A stretch of DNA of 64,000 nucleotides. It comes from Candidatus Moraniibacteriota bacterium (GTDB lineage Bacteria > Patescibacteriota > Minisyncoccia > Moranbacterales > UBA1568). Both the position numbers and the translations under genes were made by a program. Shown here one piece after another: positions 8,876 to 17,774 of this stretch. The notes under the pieces were generated by a model. The model searched no databases. It saw only the letters and a program-made list of their open reading frames with translations, and was not told the origin of the DNA. Within the stretch, counting starts at the first letter, position 1, and each line of letters opens with the position of its first letter. Where the stretch lies: positions 392,788 to 456,787 of the forward strand of contig CP064989.1 in the NCBI GenBank assembly GCA_016699875.1. The letters run 5' to 3'.

Positions 8876-9622
8876 CTATCCCGTCCAATCAAGAAAACTT
8901 TTGAGCGCGCGACGAAGCGAGATAGCCGTCTCGCGATCAACAGAGAGCTTCGGAAGCGAAGTCAGTGAATTTACAAACAAGAGTCGCAAGAATTTCACGG
9001 CATTTTCCCCGAACGGAAGAGTGAGACGCGCTCCCTCCCGATGACGCGAGCACACAATGCCGCCAAGATCCGGACTAAAACAATATCGCTCGCCCGCCAC
9101 CAAAGACTCCTGTCCTGCTGCGCATCGACGCACTTCAATACGATAGCCGAGCCGATCAAGAAACTTCCAGAGAAACCCCTGCGAAAGCAGAAATACTTTC
9201 TCAGAAAATCGAGATACTTCATCACTCCCCTGCCGCGGCAATGCACTCACAATCTCAAGTGCTCGCAAGAATCCCAGAAGCAGCAAAAAAACTTCCGCAT
9301 CCACTTCGCCATCCTCCATGCGCCGATCAATGATAGATACCGCTTCGAGTGCTGTTCGAAGCGACACCTCATCTCTCCGTATATGTGGAAACATATTCTC
9401 CACAACCGCACTCGAGATATTCCCCCGCCCGCGGCTCCGCGCAATCGAAAGATCAATCAGCGAAAGCGTCTCCAAGTGCCCTGCAAGCTTCGCGGCTGGT
9501 TTCCGCGATCCGCGCCCCATCGCTTTCACCTTTCCTCCTTCCTGCGTGAAGAATGTATACAGCCGATCCGTCTCGCCGATATCCCGTTTCCCAAGCACGA
9601 TAGCAGTATAAGAGAAGTCCAT
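8876..9622 (-). CDS. recO: DNA repair protein RecO
   Basis: ATG at 9622: MDFSYTAIVLGKRDIGETDRLYTFFTQEGGKVKAMGRGSRKP, a RecO N-terminal OB-fold signature; length about 248 aa. Confidence 0.8.
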   Translation of the reverse strand: MDFSYTAIVLGKRDIGETDRLYTFFTQEGGKVKAMGRGSRKPAAKLAGHLETLSLIDLSIARSRGRGNISSAVVENMFPHIRRDEVSLRTALEAVSIIDRRMEDGEVDAEVFLLLLGFLRALEIVSALPRQGSDEVSRFSEKVFLLSQGFLWKFLDRLGYRIEVRRCAAGQESLVAGERYCFSPDLGGIVCSRHREGARLTLPFGENAVKFLRLLFVNSLTSLPKLSVDRETAISLRRALKSFLDWTG

Positions 9623-9662
9623 GGAAAAAAGAATTCGGAATAAAGAAGGAAGAAGTAGGAAA

Positions 9663-10196
9663 TTACGAATCACCGAGAAAGCTCATCGCTTTTCCCAGAA
9701 TTTCTTCATGTGATACCGACGTATCGAGAAAGATTTTCCTTCCCGGTATACACTCATAATCAAAATCTTCGTCTCCGAAGTTTGTTTTCAGTTCTAAACG
9801 TTTCTGATCGTGATGCGCGTCATGTCTCGGACGCTCTCGCATTCTTCGCATTCGTTCCTCTGTATGCACCAAACACACAATACTCTTTACCTCTACACCA
9901 TATTCATCAATCCATCGTTTAAATGTCTTTGGGTTATCCGGGTGATTGAACGGGCTTTCCAGAATAATATCCACCCCATTCCGGACCATGTCTTCCCCGA
10001 TCGCGAGAAGAAGTTGTATTGATATTCGGCCAAAGAGTTTACTTTCCTCCAGCGTCTTCCCATCAAGAAAATCATACAGTCGTTCTTTGATTGCATCCTT
10101 GTGCAGACAAACGATATGTAACTTCCGAGAAAGTTCCGCCGCAAGCGTCGTTTTTCCAGACCCAGGCAATCCGCACACAACAATTAATTTACTCAT
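9663..10196 (-). CDS. P-loop NTPase / AAA_33-like kinase family protein
   Basis: MSKLIVVCGLPGSGKTTLAAELSRKL Walker A; about 177 aa. Start ATG overlaps the ileS stop (ATGA). Confidence 0.6.
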   Translation of the reverse strand: MSKLIVVCGLPGSGKTTLAAELSRKLHIVCLHKDAIKERLYDFLDGKTLEESKLFGRISIQLLLAIGEDMVRNGVDIILESPFNHPDNPKTFKRWIDEYGVEVKSIVCLVHTEERMRRMRERPRHDAHHDQKRLELKTNFGDEDFDYECIPGRKIFLDTSVSHEEILGKAMSFLGDS

Positions 10197-13100
10197 ACCC
10201 GTTTCAGCCAAAAATGAAATACCCCTCCTTCAATCTTCACTTCCTCCGAATATTCAGAATTGGCAACTTCACCCTGCTTCACTTCCGTCGCCAATACCTC
10301 CCGCGCGATCATGTCTTGGAATCCGGAAATATTCTTCGACGCATCACCTTCAAACACCTCCTTCTTCCCATCATACCCAAGCACAATTCTGTCCTCCACA
10401 TTGAATCCCGCCTTCTTTCGCCCCTCCTGAATCGCCCGAATAATCTCCCTCGCCTCGCCTTCGAGCTTGAGTTCGGGAGTGATGTTAGTGTCCACAACTA
10501 CCACTGGATTATTTATATACGCCCTAGCCGAGACAACATTCACGTGAACAACAACATCAACACATTTAGCATTCAGTTCATCAGCTATAATAGCTTTGAA
10601 TTCTTGCGTCAGATTCATCTCAATTTCCGCCTTAACATTAGATATGGGCTGCCTCACCTTTATCTTCGCTTCCGCACGTTTCAAAAGTCCCACACTGACA
10701 ATCTCGCGAACCAATCTCATGTCTGTATTCAGTTTCTCATCAACCAAACCTTCATTCACTTCCGGAAAATCCGCCAAATGCACCGACTGTTCTCCGGTAA
10801 GATTCCGATACAACTCTTCCGCAATAAACGGCGTGAACGGCGCCAAGAGTTTCGAAAGCGTCACCAAAACATCATAGAGCGTTTGATACGCTTGTTCCTT
10901 ATCAACGTCATTTTCATTCTTCCAGAAGCGTTTTCTCGAACGACGAATGTACCAATTGGAAAGCTGATCAAGGAATACCTCTACTTTCTGCGTCGCCCCG
11001 TACACATCATACATTCCAAGTGCTCCATCAACATCGCGGATCACAAGTTGCAATTCGGAGAGAATCCACCGATCCATCACATTCGAAGCATTGAAATCGG
11101 AAGTGGAGCGATTTGGCTTCCAATTATCGACACTTGCGTAGGTTACAAAGAAGAGATACGAATTCCAGAGCATACGGAAGACGCGATTTTGTACATCGCG
11201 CATGCCTTTCACATCGAAGCGCTTTGGAAGTCCAGGCTGGTTGAGCGAGAACAAGAGCCAGCGAAGCGCGTCCGCGCCGTACTGATCAAACATCTCAAAC
11301 GGATCAACGATATTCCCCTTCGACTTCGACATCTTCTTGCCCTTCGAATCGAGAATATGCCCGAGACAGATCACGTTCTTGTACGCACGGTGTTCTTTCA
11401 CGATGCTCGCCTTTGCCAAGAGATTCTCGACCGCATGAAGCGTATAGAACCACCCGCGCGTCTGATCGATCGCTTCGCAGATATAGTCCGCCGGAAATGT
11501 TTTTCCGGTTTCGATATTTTTCTTTTCTTCGCCACTTGTCGATGCCGGATAGCCAAATTGCGCCAGAGGCATCGCGCCAGAGTCGAACCACACGTCCAAC
11601 ACTTCCGGCGTCCGGCGCATCGTACTACCGCACTCGCACGAAAACTCAACCTCGTCGATATACGGTTTGTGCAAATCATCGAGTTTCTTTCCGGAAAGTT
11701 TTTCCAATTCGGAGACAGATTCGATCACTCTCATTTTTCCGCACGACGCCGACTCGCACACCCAAATAGGAAGCGGCGTCCCCCAATACCGCTCACGCGA
11801 AATCGCCCAGTCCTTCACGCCTCGCAACCACTCGCCAAAGCGACCGTCTTTGATATGTTCCGGCACCCAATTGATCGATTCATTTCCTTTCGAGAGTTCC
11901 TCCCGCAATTCCGACATGCGGATAAACCACGAGGGCTTCGCATAATAGATAAGCGGCGTATCGCATCGCCAGCAGAACGGATACTCGTGTTCGTACGGTT
12001 CTTCCTTGAAAAGCAGTCCGCGATTCTTCAAATCTTCAATCACCAAGTCATCCACCGCGTATCGATTCTTGTCATTCATTTTCTTCACCGGAATCCCTTC
12101 ACACGCCGGAAGACCGAATCCTTTCTTCATCGTTCCATCTGTTTCAACCGTCAGCAGTGTTGGCAGATCATTCTCCCTCGCCACATTTGCATCATCTTCC
12201 CCGAACGCCGGCGCGATATGCACGATTCCTGTTCCTGAATCCGTCGTCACAAAATCTCCTGCAACGACCTTGAAACTTTTCTTCACATCTTCTTCTCCTG
12301 CAACATGAAAGAGTGGTTCATATCTAATTCCAATAAGACTCTTTGCCTTTATTCTTGTACCTGATGGAGACTCATAGCGGAAACCGCTACGCCCGGTCTT
12401 ACTAATATAGTCAGATTGTTCTTTAGAAATATATCCTCCTTCTTTTTTTCCAAGATTCAACAAAAATTCTTGCGAAAGAATGAGATATTCACTCTCACAG
12501 CCTTCTATAATTGATTCTTTCTTTTCTGCATCGTCCCACCATTTCAAGTATTCCCCATTGGGCGATCGTGAAAATTTCAAGACACGATATTCGGAATCCT
12601 CATTCACCGCGAGCGCCACATTTCCCGGCAACGTCCATGGCGTCGTCGTCCAGGCGAGAAAATACGTTTTATCATCCGTCGTAAAGTCGCCGATTTTCTG
12701 TCCGGGTATTGCTTTGAATTTCACATACACGGAGTTATCTGTCGTTTCTTTGTACCCTTGCGCCACTTCGTGCGACGAGAGCGCTGTCCCACATCGGTAA
12801 CAATACGGCACCACCTTGTGTCCCTTATAAATAAATGACTCGCCTTTTGCATTCTTCAATTTCGCAATCTGCGCAAGTTGCCACCAGAGCGACTCGATAT
12901 AGCTGTTCTCATAGGTGACATACGGGTGCTCCATATCCACCCAGTAGCCCATCCGCCGCGTGAGCTTCTCCCACAAGTCACGATACTCCCACACGCTTTC
13001 TTTGCATTTCTTATTAAACTCAATCACGCTCGCGCGCGCATCGCCCGGCACGATACTTTCGATCTCCTGTTTGTTCTTCAATCCCAAAGCCTTCTCCACC

Positions 13101-13384
13101 TGAAGCTCAACCGGAAGTCCGTGCGTATCCCACCCGGCCTTTCGCACCACGCGATAGCCCTTCATCGTTTTGTACCGCGGAATCACATCTTTAAAGGAGC
13201 GCGCCAACACATGGTGAAGCCCCGGCCTTCCATTGGCCGTCGGCGGTCCTTCATAGAATACAAAGTCTCCCTTCGGCGCATCCTTCTCCACCGACTTTTC
13301 AAAAATTTTCTCCCTCTCCCAAAACTTGAGAATTTCTTCTTCCATCTTCGGAAACGAAACCTTCGGATCAACTTTTTCAAACAT
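10193..13384 (-). CDS. ileS: Isoleucyl-tRNA synthetase (class I, type 2)
   Basis: PTANGRPGLHHVLARSFKD (HIGH-type), [10 protein letters not shown]1 editing region, 1063 aa from ATG at 13384 (MFEKVDPKVSFPKMEEEILKFWE). The six-frame start at 13417 is a TTG. Confidence 0.95.
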   Translation of the reverse strand: MFEKVDPKVSFPKMEEEILKFWEREKIFEKSVEKDAPKGDFVFYEGPPTANGRPGLHHVLARSFKDVIPRYKTMKGYRVVRKAGWDTHGLPVELQVEKALGLKNKQEIESIVPGDARASVIEFNKKCKESVWEYRDLWEKLTRRMGYWVDMEHPYVTYENSYIESLWWQLAQIAKLKNAKGESFIYKGHKVVPYCYRCGTALSSHEVAQGYKETTDNSVYVKFKAIPGQKIGDFTTDDKTYFLAWTTTPWTLPGNVALAVNEDSEYRVLKFSRSPNGEYLKWWDDAEKKESIIEGCESEYLILSQEFLLNLGKKEGGYISKEQSDYISKTGRSGFRYESPSGTRIKAKSLIGIRYEPLFHVAGEEDVKKSFKVVAGDFVTTDSGTGIVHIAPAFGEDDANVARENDLPTLLTVETDGTMKKGFGLPACEGIPVKKMNDKNRYAVDDLVIEDLKNRGLLFKEEPYEHEYPFCWRCDTPLIYYAKPSWFIRMSELREELSKGNESINWVPEHIKDGRFGEWLRGVKDWAISRERYWGTPLPIWVCESASCGKMRVIESVSELEKLSGKKLDDLHKPYIDEVEFSCECGSTMRRTPEVLDVWFDSGAMPLAQFGYPASTSGEEKKNIETGKTFPADYICEAIDQTRGWFYTLHAVENLLAKASIVKEHRAYKNVICLGHILDSKGKKMSKSKGNIVDPFEMFDQYGADALRWLLFSLNQPGLPKRFDVKGMRDVQNRVFRMLWNSYLFFVTYASVDNWKPNRSTSDFNASNVMDRWILSELQLVIRDVDGALGMYDVYGATQKVEVFLDQLSNWYIRRSRKRFWKNENDVDKEQAYQTLYDVLVTLSKLLAPFTPFIAEELYRNLTGEQSVHLADFPEVNEGLVDEKLNTDMRLVREIVSVGLLKRAEAKIKVRQPISNVKAEIEMNLTQEFKAIIADELNAKCVDVVVHVNVVSARAYINNPVVVVDTNITPELKLEGEAREIIRAIQEGRKKAGFNVEDRIVLGYDGKKEVFEGDASKNISGFQDMIAREVLATEVKQGEVANSEYSEEVKIEGGVFHFWLKRV

Positions 13385-13394
13385 AGGGATTTGA

Positions 13395-13700
13395 ATGGCT
13401 ATATGGTTGAAAAACAAAAAATCCTCAACGCAAAACCTGCGCCAAGGACGTCGGAACTTCGTCGCAACGTGGTACCACCTTGTTTCCCCCGATTTGCCGA
13501 AACGACAAAAGTCAGGGCTTCATATTCGCTCTAACGGGCGATCCCGGGAGAATCTACTCTCTCGCTGTTTATCACAACAGCGAGATTTCTCTCTCCGGCT
13601 CCGAGGCGATACATCCGTCCAAAGACAGATCCTCATCACTGCCATTACAGAAAACGTATCACAATTCCCCTCCCCAAAGCAAGCTCCCTCTGGACAACTT
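13395..13700 (-). promoter_or_regulatory. Candidate T-box riboswitch leader of ileS
   Basis: The minus strand reads ...GGGGGAAACAAGGUGGUACCACGUUGCGACG (plus coords 13468-13481), matching the T-box core AGGGUGGNACCGCG at 11 of 13 fixed positions. The UGGU tetranucleotide is complementary to the ACCA end of tRNA-Ile. An upstream 9-bp hairpin CUCGCUGUU-GUGAUAA-AACAGCGAG with AUA/AUU triplets in flanking loops could be Stem I. A downstream U-run (GGAUUUUUUGUUUUUC) precedes the start codon. Boundaries are approximate. Confidence 0.4.
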
Positions 13701-14468
13701 CTCCATATTTTGTAGAATGACAGAGCTGTTTAACAACAAGAAGAGGATGCAACGTGTATAGACGCAGACAAAGATTGCTTCTGAGAGATAAAGGACTTCA
13801 GATGGCTGTCGGCGCGCGACGTCGAATAGCCTTTATGAGCCAGCAAAACTCTCCCGAAACACCTCTTTCTCTCTGGGACAATACCACCCAAGAACCCTGC
13901 CGAACATCTCTTGAGATTCACGAAGAAAAGATTTAACATATCGTTTCTTTTTGTTTTTTGGTTCCCGATAGTCCATCCTGCCGAACAGAAGGAGAGAAAT
14001 ACGTGAGACTGCTTACTGAAGCAAGAAGAAAAAATTCTTCCCTTTTTACTCCCCAGAAAGTACCGAAAGACACATCAAGCACTCGCCCTGGGAACAATGC
14101 TCGGATCAATCCACCCTCTCGCGTCCATCGCAGCAGAAAAGAAGGTCGTCGCCAGCTCCCGCATTGGCTACACGGTTCCAGATAAGGAGACTTTTTATGA
14201 ACCACCCGTCCATCGGAACTACTCAGTACTCCGCTCGACAATTGACAAGTCCTCTCCGTCGTAGCACGCACCCGGTACTACCAACACCGGACGAATACCT
14301 CGACAATGCTACAAGTATCGGGATAGCTTTCATGCAAAAACCACCAAACCCAAGAAACATGAAGGCGTCCGAATTAACTTGATACCCAACCTCCCCGCAG
14401 TGACAAGGTGACAAAAGCCCATCGCAACGACACGGTGGGCGTTTTTATATTCGAATTATTTCCAAGAA

Positions 14469-15038
14469 TCACACTTCAACCCTTACCATTTCCCCGCGGT
14501 GAAATCGACAACGTTTCTCGGATAAAACCGATTCTTCAAGAGTTAGTCCAACGAGAATACCGTGAAGCAATTGCAACGTATTTCCGTGTGAAACAACAAC
14601 AATTCGCTTCCCAGCATACTGAGACAACACAAAATTACGAAAAGACGCGAGTCGCTCCCGGACACTTCCAGAATCTTCAACGCCGTCTGTTCCGTCGGTC
14701 TCGAGCCGACGCTTCGGTGGCGGATACTTTGCAACCAGCGCCGACCAGGAACCGCCTTCAAACAGTCCATACCCCGGTTCCCGCAGGCGCAGGTCCTCCA
14801 TACGAGGCGCACCGATTTTCTCTGCAATTATTTCCGCCGTTTCGCGCGTCCGCGTAAGCGGAGAAAAGAAAATGACATCAACGGATTCTCGAGCCAACTC
14901 CTCGGCACGCGCCAAAACCTGCCGTCTGCCCTCTTCAGTAAGATGATACGCGCGCTCCTCCGGATATGAACTCGCTACATCAAGAATATTGTGCTCGGCT
15001 TCTCCGTGCCGCACGAGAAAGAATGTCGTTTTCCCCAT
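14469..15038 (-). CDS. Histidine phosphatase family protein (phosphoglycerate-mutase-like)
   Basis: ATG at 15038: MGKTTFFLVRHGEAEHN (RHG catalytic motif), with HGNTLQ near the C-terminus; about 189 aa. Confidence 0.75.
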   Translation of the reverse strand: MGKTTFFLVRHGEAEHNILDVASSYPEERAYHLTEEGRRQVLARAEELARESVDVIFFSPLTRTRETAEIIAEKIGAPRMEDLRLREPGYGLFEGGSWSALVAKYPPPKRRLETDGTDGVEDSGSVRERLASFRNFVLSQYAGKRIVVVSHGNTLQLLHGILVGLTLEESVLSEKRCRFHRGEMVRVEV

Positions 15039-15063
15039 ACGAAACACTTTTGAAAGATATTTG

Positions 15064-15195
15064 CTATTGCTCGAGAAATACCGAAATATCTTCAAAGATT
15101 CCAAACAGGAAGTACGTGACCACCACTAAAAAGAGTGTGATAGCGAATCGCCCCACACGATTATCCAGACTCGTCTTTTCCTTGACAAACAACAT
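15064..15195 (-). CDS. Small single-TM protein, possible SecE-like translocon subunit
   Basis: MLFVKEKTSLDNRVGRFAITLFLVVVTYFLFGIFEDISVFLEQ: a charged amphipathic stretch, then one TM helix and an acidic residue, the same architecture and length as short SecE. Lacks the usual WP motif. The longer six-frame start (15246) would overlap the tRNA-like element. Confidence 0.3.
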   Translation of the reverse strand: MLFVKEKTSLDNRVGRFAITLFLVVVTYFLFGIFEDISVFLEQ

Positions 15196-15237
15196 ACTCA
15201 GGTACCCAATAAAACAAAAACTTGCAGTAAGACAATG

Positions 15238-15310
15238 TACCGCCAAGGGGATTCGAACCCCTGATTTCCAGGATGCCAGCCAGCGGCTGGTCAGCCTTTG
15301 GACGAAGAAC
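15238..15310 (-). ncRNA. tRNA-like element with a canonical T-arm and 3' acceptor strand but no matching 5' acceptor (degenerate tRNA or tRNA half)
   Basis: Minus strand: ...CAGGGGTTCGAATCCCCTTGGCGGTA (perfect T-stem/loop GGTTCGAATCC). No complementary ACCGCCA 5' strand and no 5-bp anticodon stem could be found in the 100 nt upstream. Confidence 0.3.
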
Positions 15311-15337
15311 CTCGGGTCTGATCCCTATTCATTTCTG

Positions 15338-15409
15338 TAGCCTCAAGGGGAATCGAACCCCTCTTTTCAGGATGAGAACCTGATGTCCTAACCGATAGAC
15401 GATGAGGCC
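15338..15409 (-). tRNA. tRNA-Glu (anticodon CUC)
   Basis: Minus strand: GGCCTCATCGTCTATCGGTTAGGACATCAGGTTCTCATCCTGAAAAGAGGGGTTCGATTCCCCTTGAGGCTA. Cloverleaf with anticodon stem TCAGG/CCTGA and loop TTCTCAT; no encoded CCA. Confidence 0.85.
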
Positions 15410-15425
15410 AAAACGATACTCTCGG

Positions 15426-15496
15426 CAGGAGCGGAAGGAATCGAACCTTCACCGCTGGTTTTGGAGACCAGCATTCTACCACTAAACTACGCTCCC
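15426..15496 (-). tRNA. tRNA-Trp (anticodon CCA)
   Basis: Minus strand: GGGAGCGTAGTTTAGTGGTAGAATGCTGGTCTCCAAAACCAGCGGTGAAGGTTCGATTCCTTCCGCTCCTG. Anticodon loop CTCCAAA; close to the E. coli tRNA-Trp pattern. Confidence 0.85.
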
Positions 15497-15511
15497 GAAG
15501 CAAGGGAAACC

Positions 15512-15652
15512 CTACTTCGACTCCGTTTGCAAAGTATGCTTTCGACACGATTTGCAAAACTTCTGAAGCGACAGCTTCTCCTTTACCTTCTTCTTATTCC
15601 GCTTCGTATACCCGACAATCTTCTTGCACTCGCTGCAACGAAGCTTCACCAT
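15512..15652 (-). CDS. rpmG: 50S ribosomal protein L33 (zinc-ribbon type)
   Basis: MVKLRCSECKKIVGYTKRNKKKVKEKLSLQKFCKSCRKHTLQTESK with CxxC...CxxC. AAGGA Shine-Dalgarno 6 nt upstream of the ATG at 15652. Confidence 0.85.
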   Translation of the reverse strand: MVKLRCSECKKIVGYTKRNKKKVKEKLSLQKFCKSCRKHTLQTESK

Positions 15653-15702
15653 ATTTTCCTTAATCGCACCCATAACGCATATCTTAAAATATTCTCTACC
15701 TG

Positions 15703-15775
15703 AGCCGTTGACCGGAATCGGACCGGTGACCTTCTCCTTACCATGGAGATGCTCTACCGACTGAGCTACAACGGC
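15703..15775 (-). tRNA. tRNA-Thr (anticodon GGU)
   Basis: Minus strand: GCCGTTGTAGCTCAGTCGGTAGAGCATCTCCATGGTAAGGAGAAGGTCACCGGTCCGATTCCGGTCAACGGCT. Anticodon loop ATGGTAA; T-loop TCCGATT. Confidence 0.8.
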
Positions 15776-15822
15776 CGCGCGCCTCAAATCTCTGAAAACG
15801 GAGACACCTCCAGAAAACCCTG

Positions 15823-15905
15823 TGGGCAGGGAGGGATTCGAACCCCCGTAGACCGAAGTCGGCAGATTTACAGTCTGCTGCGATTGACCGCTCCGCCACC
15901 TACCC
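15823..15905 (-). tRNA. tRNA-Tyr (anticodon GUA), long variable arm
   Basis: Minus strand: GGGTAGGTGGCGGAGCGGTCAATCGCAGCAGACTGTAAATCTGCCGACTTCGGTCTACGGGGGTTCGAATCCCTCCCTGCCCA. Anticodon loop CTGTAAA; variable-arm hairpin CGACTTCGGTCTAC. Confidence 0.85.
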
Positions 15906-15955
15906 AATACGGCAATGTACTTTCATTCGACAATATTCTCTTCTCTCCCCGGCAG

Positions 15956-16029
15956 AGCCTGAGGTCGGATTCGAACCGACGACCTGCTGTTTACAAAACA
16001 GCTGCTCTAACCAACTGAGCTACTCAGGC
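15956..16029 (-). tRNA. tRNA-Thr (anticodon UGU)
   Basis: Minus strand: GCCTGAGTAGCTCAGTTGGTTAGAGCAGCTGTTTTGTAAACAGCAGGTCGTCGGTTCGAATCCGACCTCAGGCT. Anticodon stem GCTGT/ACAGC, loop TTTGTAA. Confidence 0.85.
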
Positions 16030-16074
16030 ATTTCATCGCTGAAACGAGCGCTCCCAGCGACATTCCGCACTCTA

Positions 16075-17025
16075 TCATGGTGTTCGGTCCTTTTCAAGCA
16101 GACGCTCGAGTTTCCGAATCTTTATCTTCACCAAGCGATATGCCGGACTCAACTTCAACACCTGGCGATAGCATTCTTTCGCATCGACCAGATTCTGCTG
16201 TTCGAGATAGTAATCCCCGAGCCGCTCATAAGCCTCGATATCCCTCGGATTGAGCGAGATACGCTCAACGAGTATATCCTCCAGCTGTTCCTTCTTCTGC
16301 GGGACAGTCGGTTCGATCTCGCGCGACGGAGATGCTGTTCGTACCCGTGCCGGACGAAGACGCCGCACTGTATCCCGGAGTGTCCGCCCGGCATAGGACG
16401 GCACACTCCTTGCCCTGCGATCCGGATATTGCTCCGGTATCGGCTGGAGCGGCTCAGAGACAAGTGGCGGCAAATCCTCTCCCGACTCAAAATTCTCATT
16501 CGATACGGCTTCACCCGGCAGAGAACTTGGAAATGTATCTGCCGGAGACCGATCGTTATCTGACCGACGCGTACCGAACCACCGACGAGGCCGATGTGGT
16601 TGAGTAGGAAGAGGAGAGTGAGAGTCGAGTTCCTTTTCGGTCAGCTGTTTACTGGAGCGTTCAAACAAGCTCTTCTTCGGTGCTGATTCAAAAGGCGCCA
16701 CATTCATTTTCATTTGGTCCAGGCGATCCTGCTTTCGCTCTGCGATTCGGTCTGCCACACGAACACGCGCCGAATGCGCCGAAGCGGCAAGCGTATTGAG
16801 CTTGTTATGAATTTTAAGTGACAAAAGCTTCGAAAGACGAGCGAATCGTTCGACCATGCCCAGAAACATCCTCTTGAACCGATCGCTCACCGAGAGAAGC
16901 GACCCGGAAGAACCGGTCTGTTCACGCTCACGACGCTCCACTTCCGGCAGTTTTCGAAAGAAAAGATACAGTAAGAGAGCAAGCGCAAGAACGACAAGAA
17001 TCGGAGGAATAATAAGGGCAAGCAT
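16075..17025 (-). CDS. Membrane-anchored low-complexity protein with C-terminal TPR repeat
   Basis: N-terminal TM (MLALIIPPILVVLALALLLYLFF); Arg/Pro/Ser/Glu-rich middle; C-terminal ...IEAYERLGDYYLEQQNLVDAKECYRQVLKLSPAY is TPR-like. Start ambiguous (TTG at 17067 or ATG at 17025). Confidence 0.5.
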   Translation of the reverse strand: MLALIIPPILVVLALALLLYLFFRKLPEVERREREQTGSSGSLLSVSDRFKRMFLGMVERFARLSKLLSLKIHNKLNTLAASAHSARVRVADRIAERKQDRLDQMKMNVAPFESAPKKSLFERSSKQLTEKELDSHSPLPTQPHRPRRWFGTRRSDNDRSPADTFPSSLPGEAVSNENFESGEDLPPLVSEPLQPIPEQYPDRRARSVPSYAGRTLRDTVRRLRPARVRTASPSREIEPTVPQKKEQLEDILVERISLNPRDIEAYERLGDYYLEQQNLVDAKECYRQVLKLSPAYRLVKIKIRKLERLLEKDRTP

Positions 17026-17107
17026 AGAAAACACAATTCGGAATCCAGGCGAAAGAAGCCAATTCAATCATAGCAGAAAAGACGCGTATGCGGCAGAGGA
17101 TATTCCA

Positions 17108-17698
17108 CTAAATATCGAAACGGACAAATCCGCCGACCTGAATGCGCTCCCCCATTTTGGCAACCGCTTCCGTCACCACATCTCCGACAGTTTTCGATGG
17201 ATCCTTCACGAAAGACTGCGTCAGAAGCGCGGCTTCCTCGCGAAACTTCTTTTCCTTCCCTGCCAAGATTGTTTGCGCAATCGCCTCCGGCTTCTTCTCA
17301 GCAGCAAGTTGCTCTCGCCATACAATCCGCTCCTTCTCAACATCGAGATCGTTCACCTCTTCCGGCGATACCACGCGCGGATTCATGGCGGCAACATGCA
17401 TGGCAATATCCCGCCCAAGAACAGCGAATGCTTCATTCCGAGCAACAAAATCCGTCTCACACAAGAGCTTTACAAGAACGCCAATGCGGGCATTCGAATG
17501 AATATATGACGCCACGATACCCTCTTTCGCTTCGCGGTCCGATTTTTTCAGAGCCTTCGCCTGTCCGCGTTTCTTCAAGAGATCGATTGCTTTCGCCTCA
17601 TCTCCCTTGGCTTCGTCCAGCGCCTTCTTGACATCAACAACGCCGGCGCCCGTCATCTCGCGAAGTTGTTTTATCATCTCAAGAGATATTGTCCCCAT
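17108..17698 (-). CDS. tsf: Elongation factor Ts (short form)
   Basis: ISLEMIKQLREMTGAGVVDVKKALDEAKGDEAKAIDLLKKRG (UBA-like N-domain) plus dimerisation-core motifs; 196 aa. Confidence 0.9.
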   Translation of the reverse strand: MGTISLEMIKQLREMTGAGVVDVKKALDEAKGDEAKAIDLLKKRGQAKALKKSDREAKEGIVASYIHSNARIGVLVKLLCETDFVARNEAFAVLGRDIAMHVAAMNPRVVSPEEVNDLDVEKERIVWREQLAAEKKPEAIAQTILAGKEKKFREEAALLTQSFVKDPSKTVGDVVTEAVAKMGERIQVGGFVRFDI

Positions 17699-17774
17699 AG
17701 AACTCTGCGTTTAAAGAAAACTTGATCCTCGTAAAGAAAATAGGCGATTTTCAATGCCATGTACAAACACGCAC

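Noticed and set aside
10091-12238. 715-aa plus-strand ORF
   Set aside because: Entirely antisense to ileS, whose frame has HIGH, KMSKS and editing-domain motifs. The long ORF reflects codon bias of the opposite strand.
13700-14468. Small ORFs (60-149 aa, both strands) in the long ileS-upstream gap, and a possible RNase P, tmRNA or SRP RNA
   Set aside because: None of the ORFs has an SD, a sensible composition or any motif. The conserved cores of RNase P RNA (GGAAAGTCCGGGCTCC), tmRNA (tRNA-like 3' end) and SRP domain IV were looked for by eye and not found. The region remains unexplained.
15238-15335. Calling the first element of the tRNA cluster a full tRNA
   Set aside because: Only the T-arm and 3' acceptor strand are present. 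No complementary 5' acceptor strand, D-arm or 5-bp anticodon stem could be built from the 100 nt available, so it is reported as a tRNA-like remnant.
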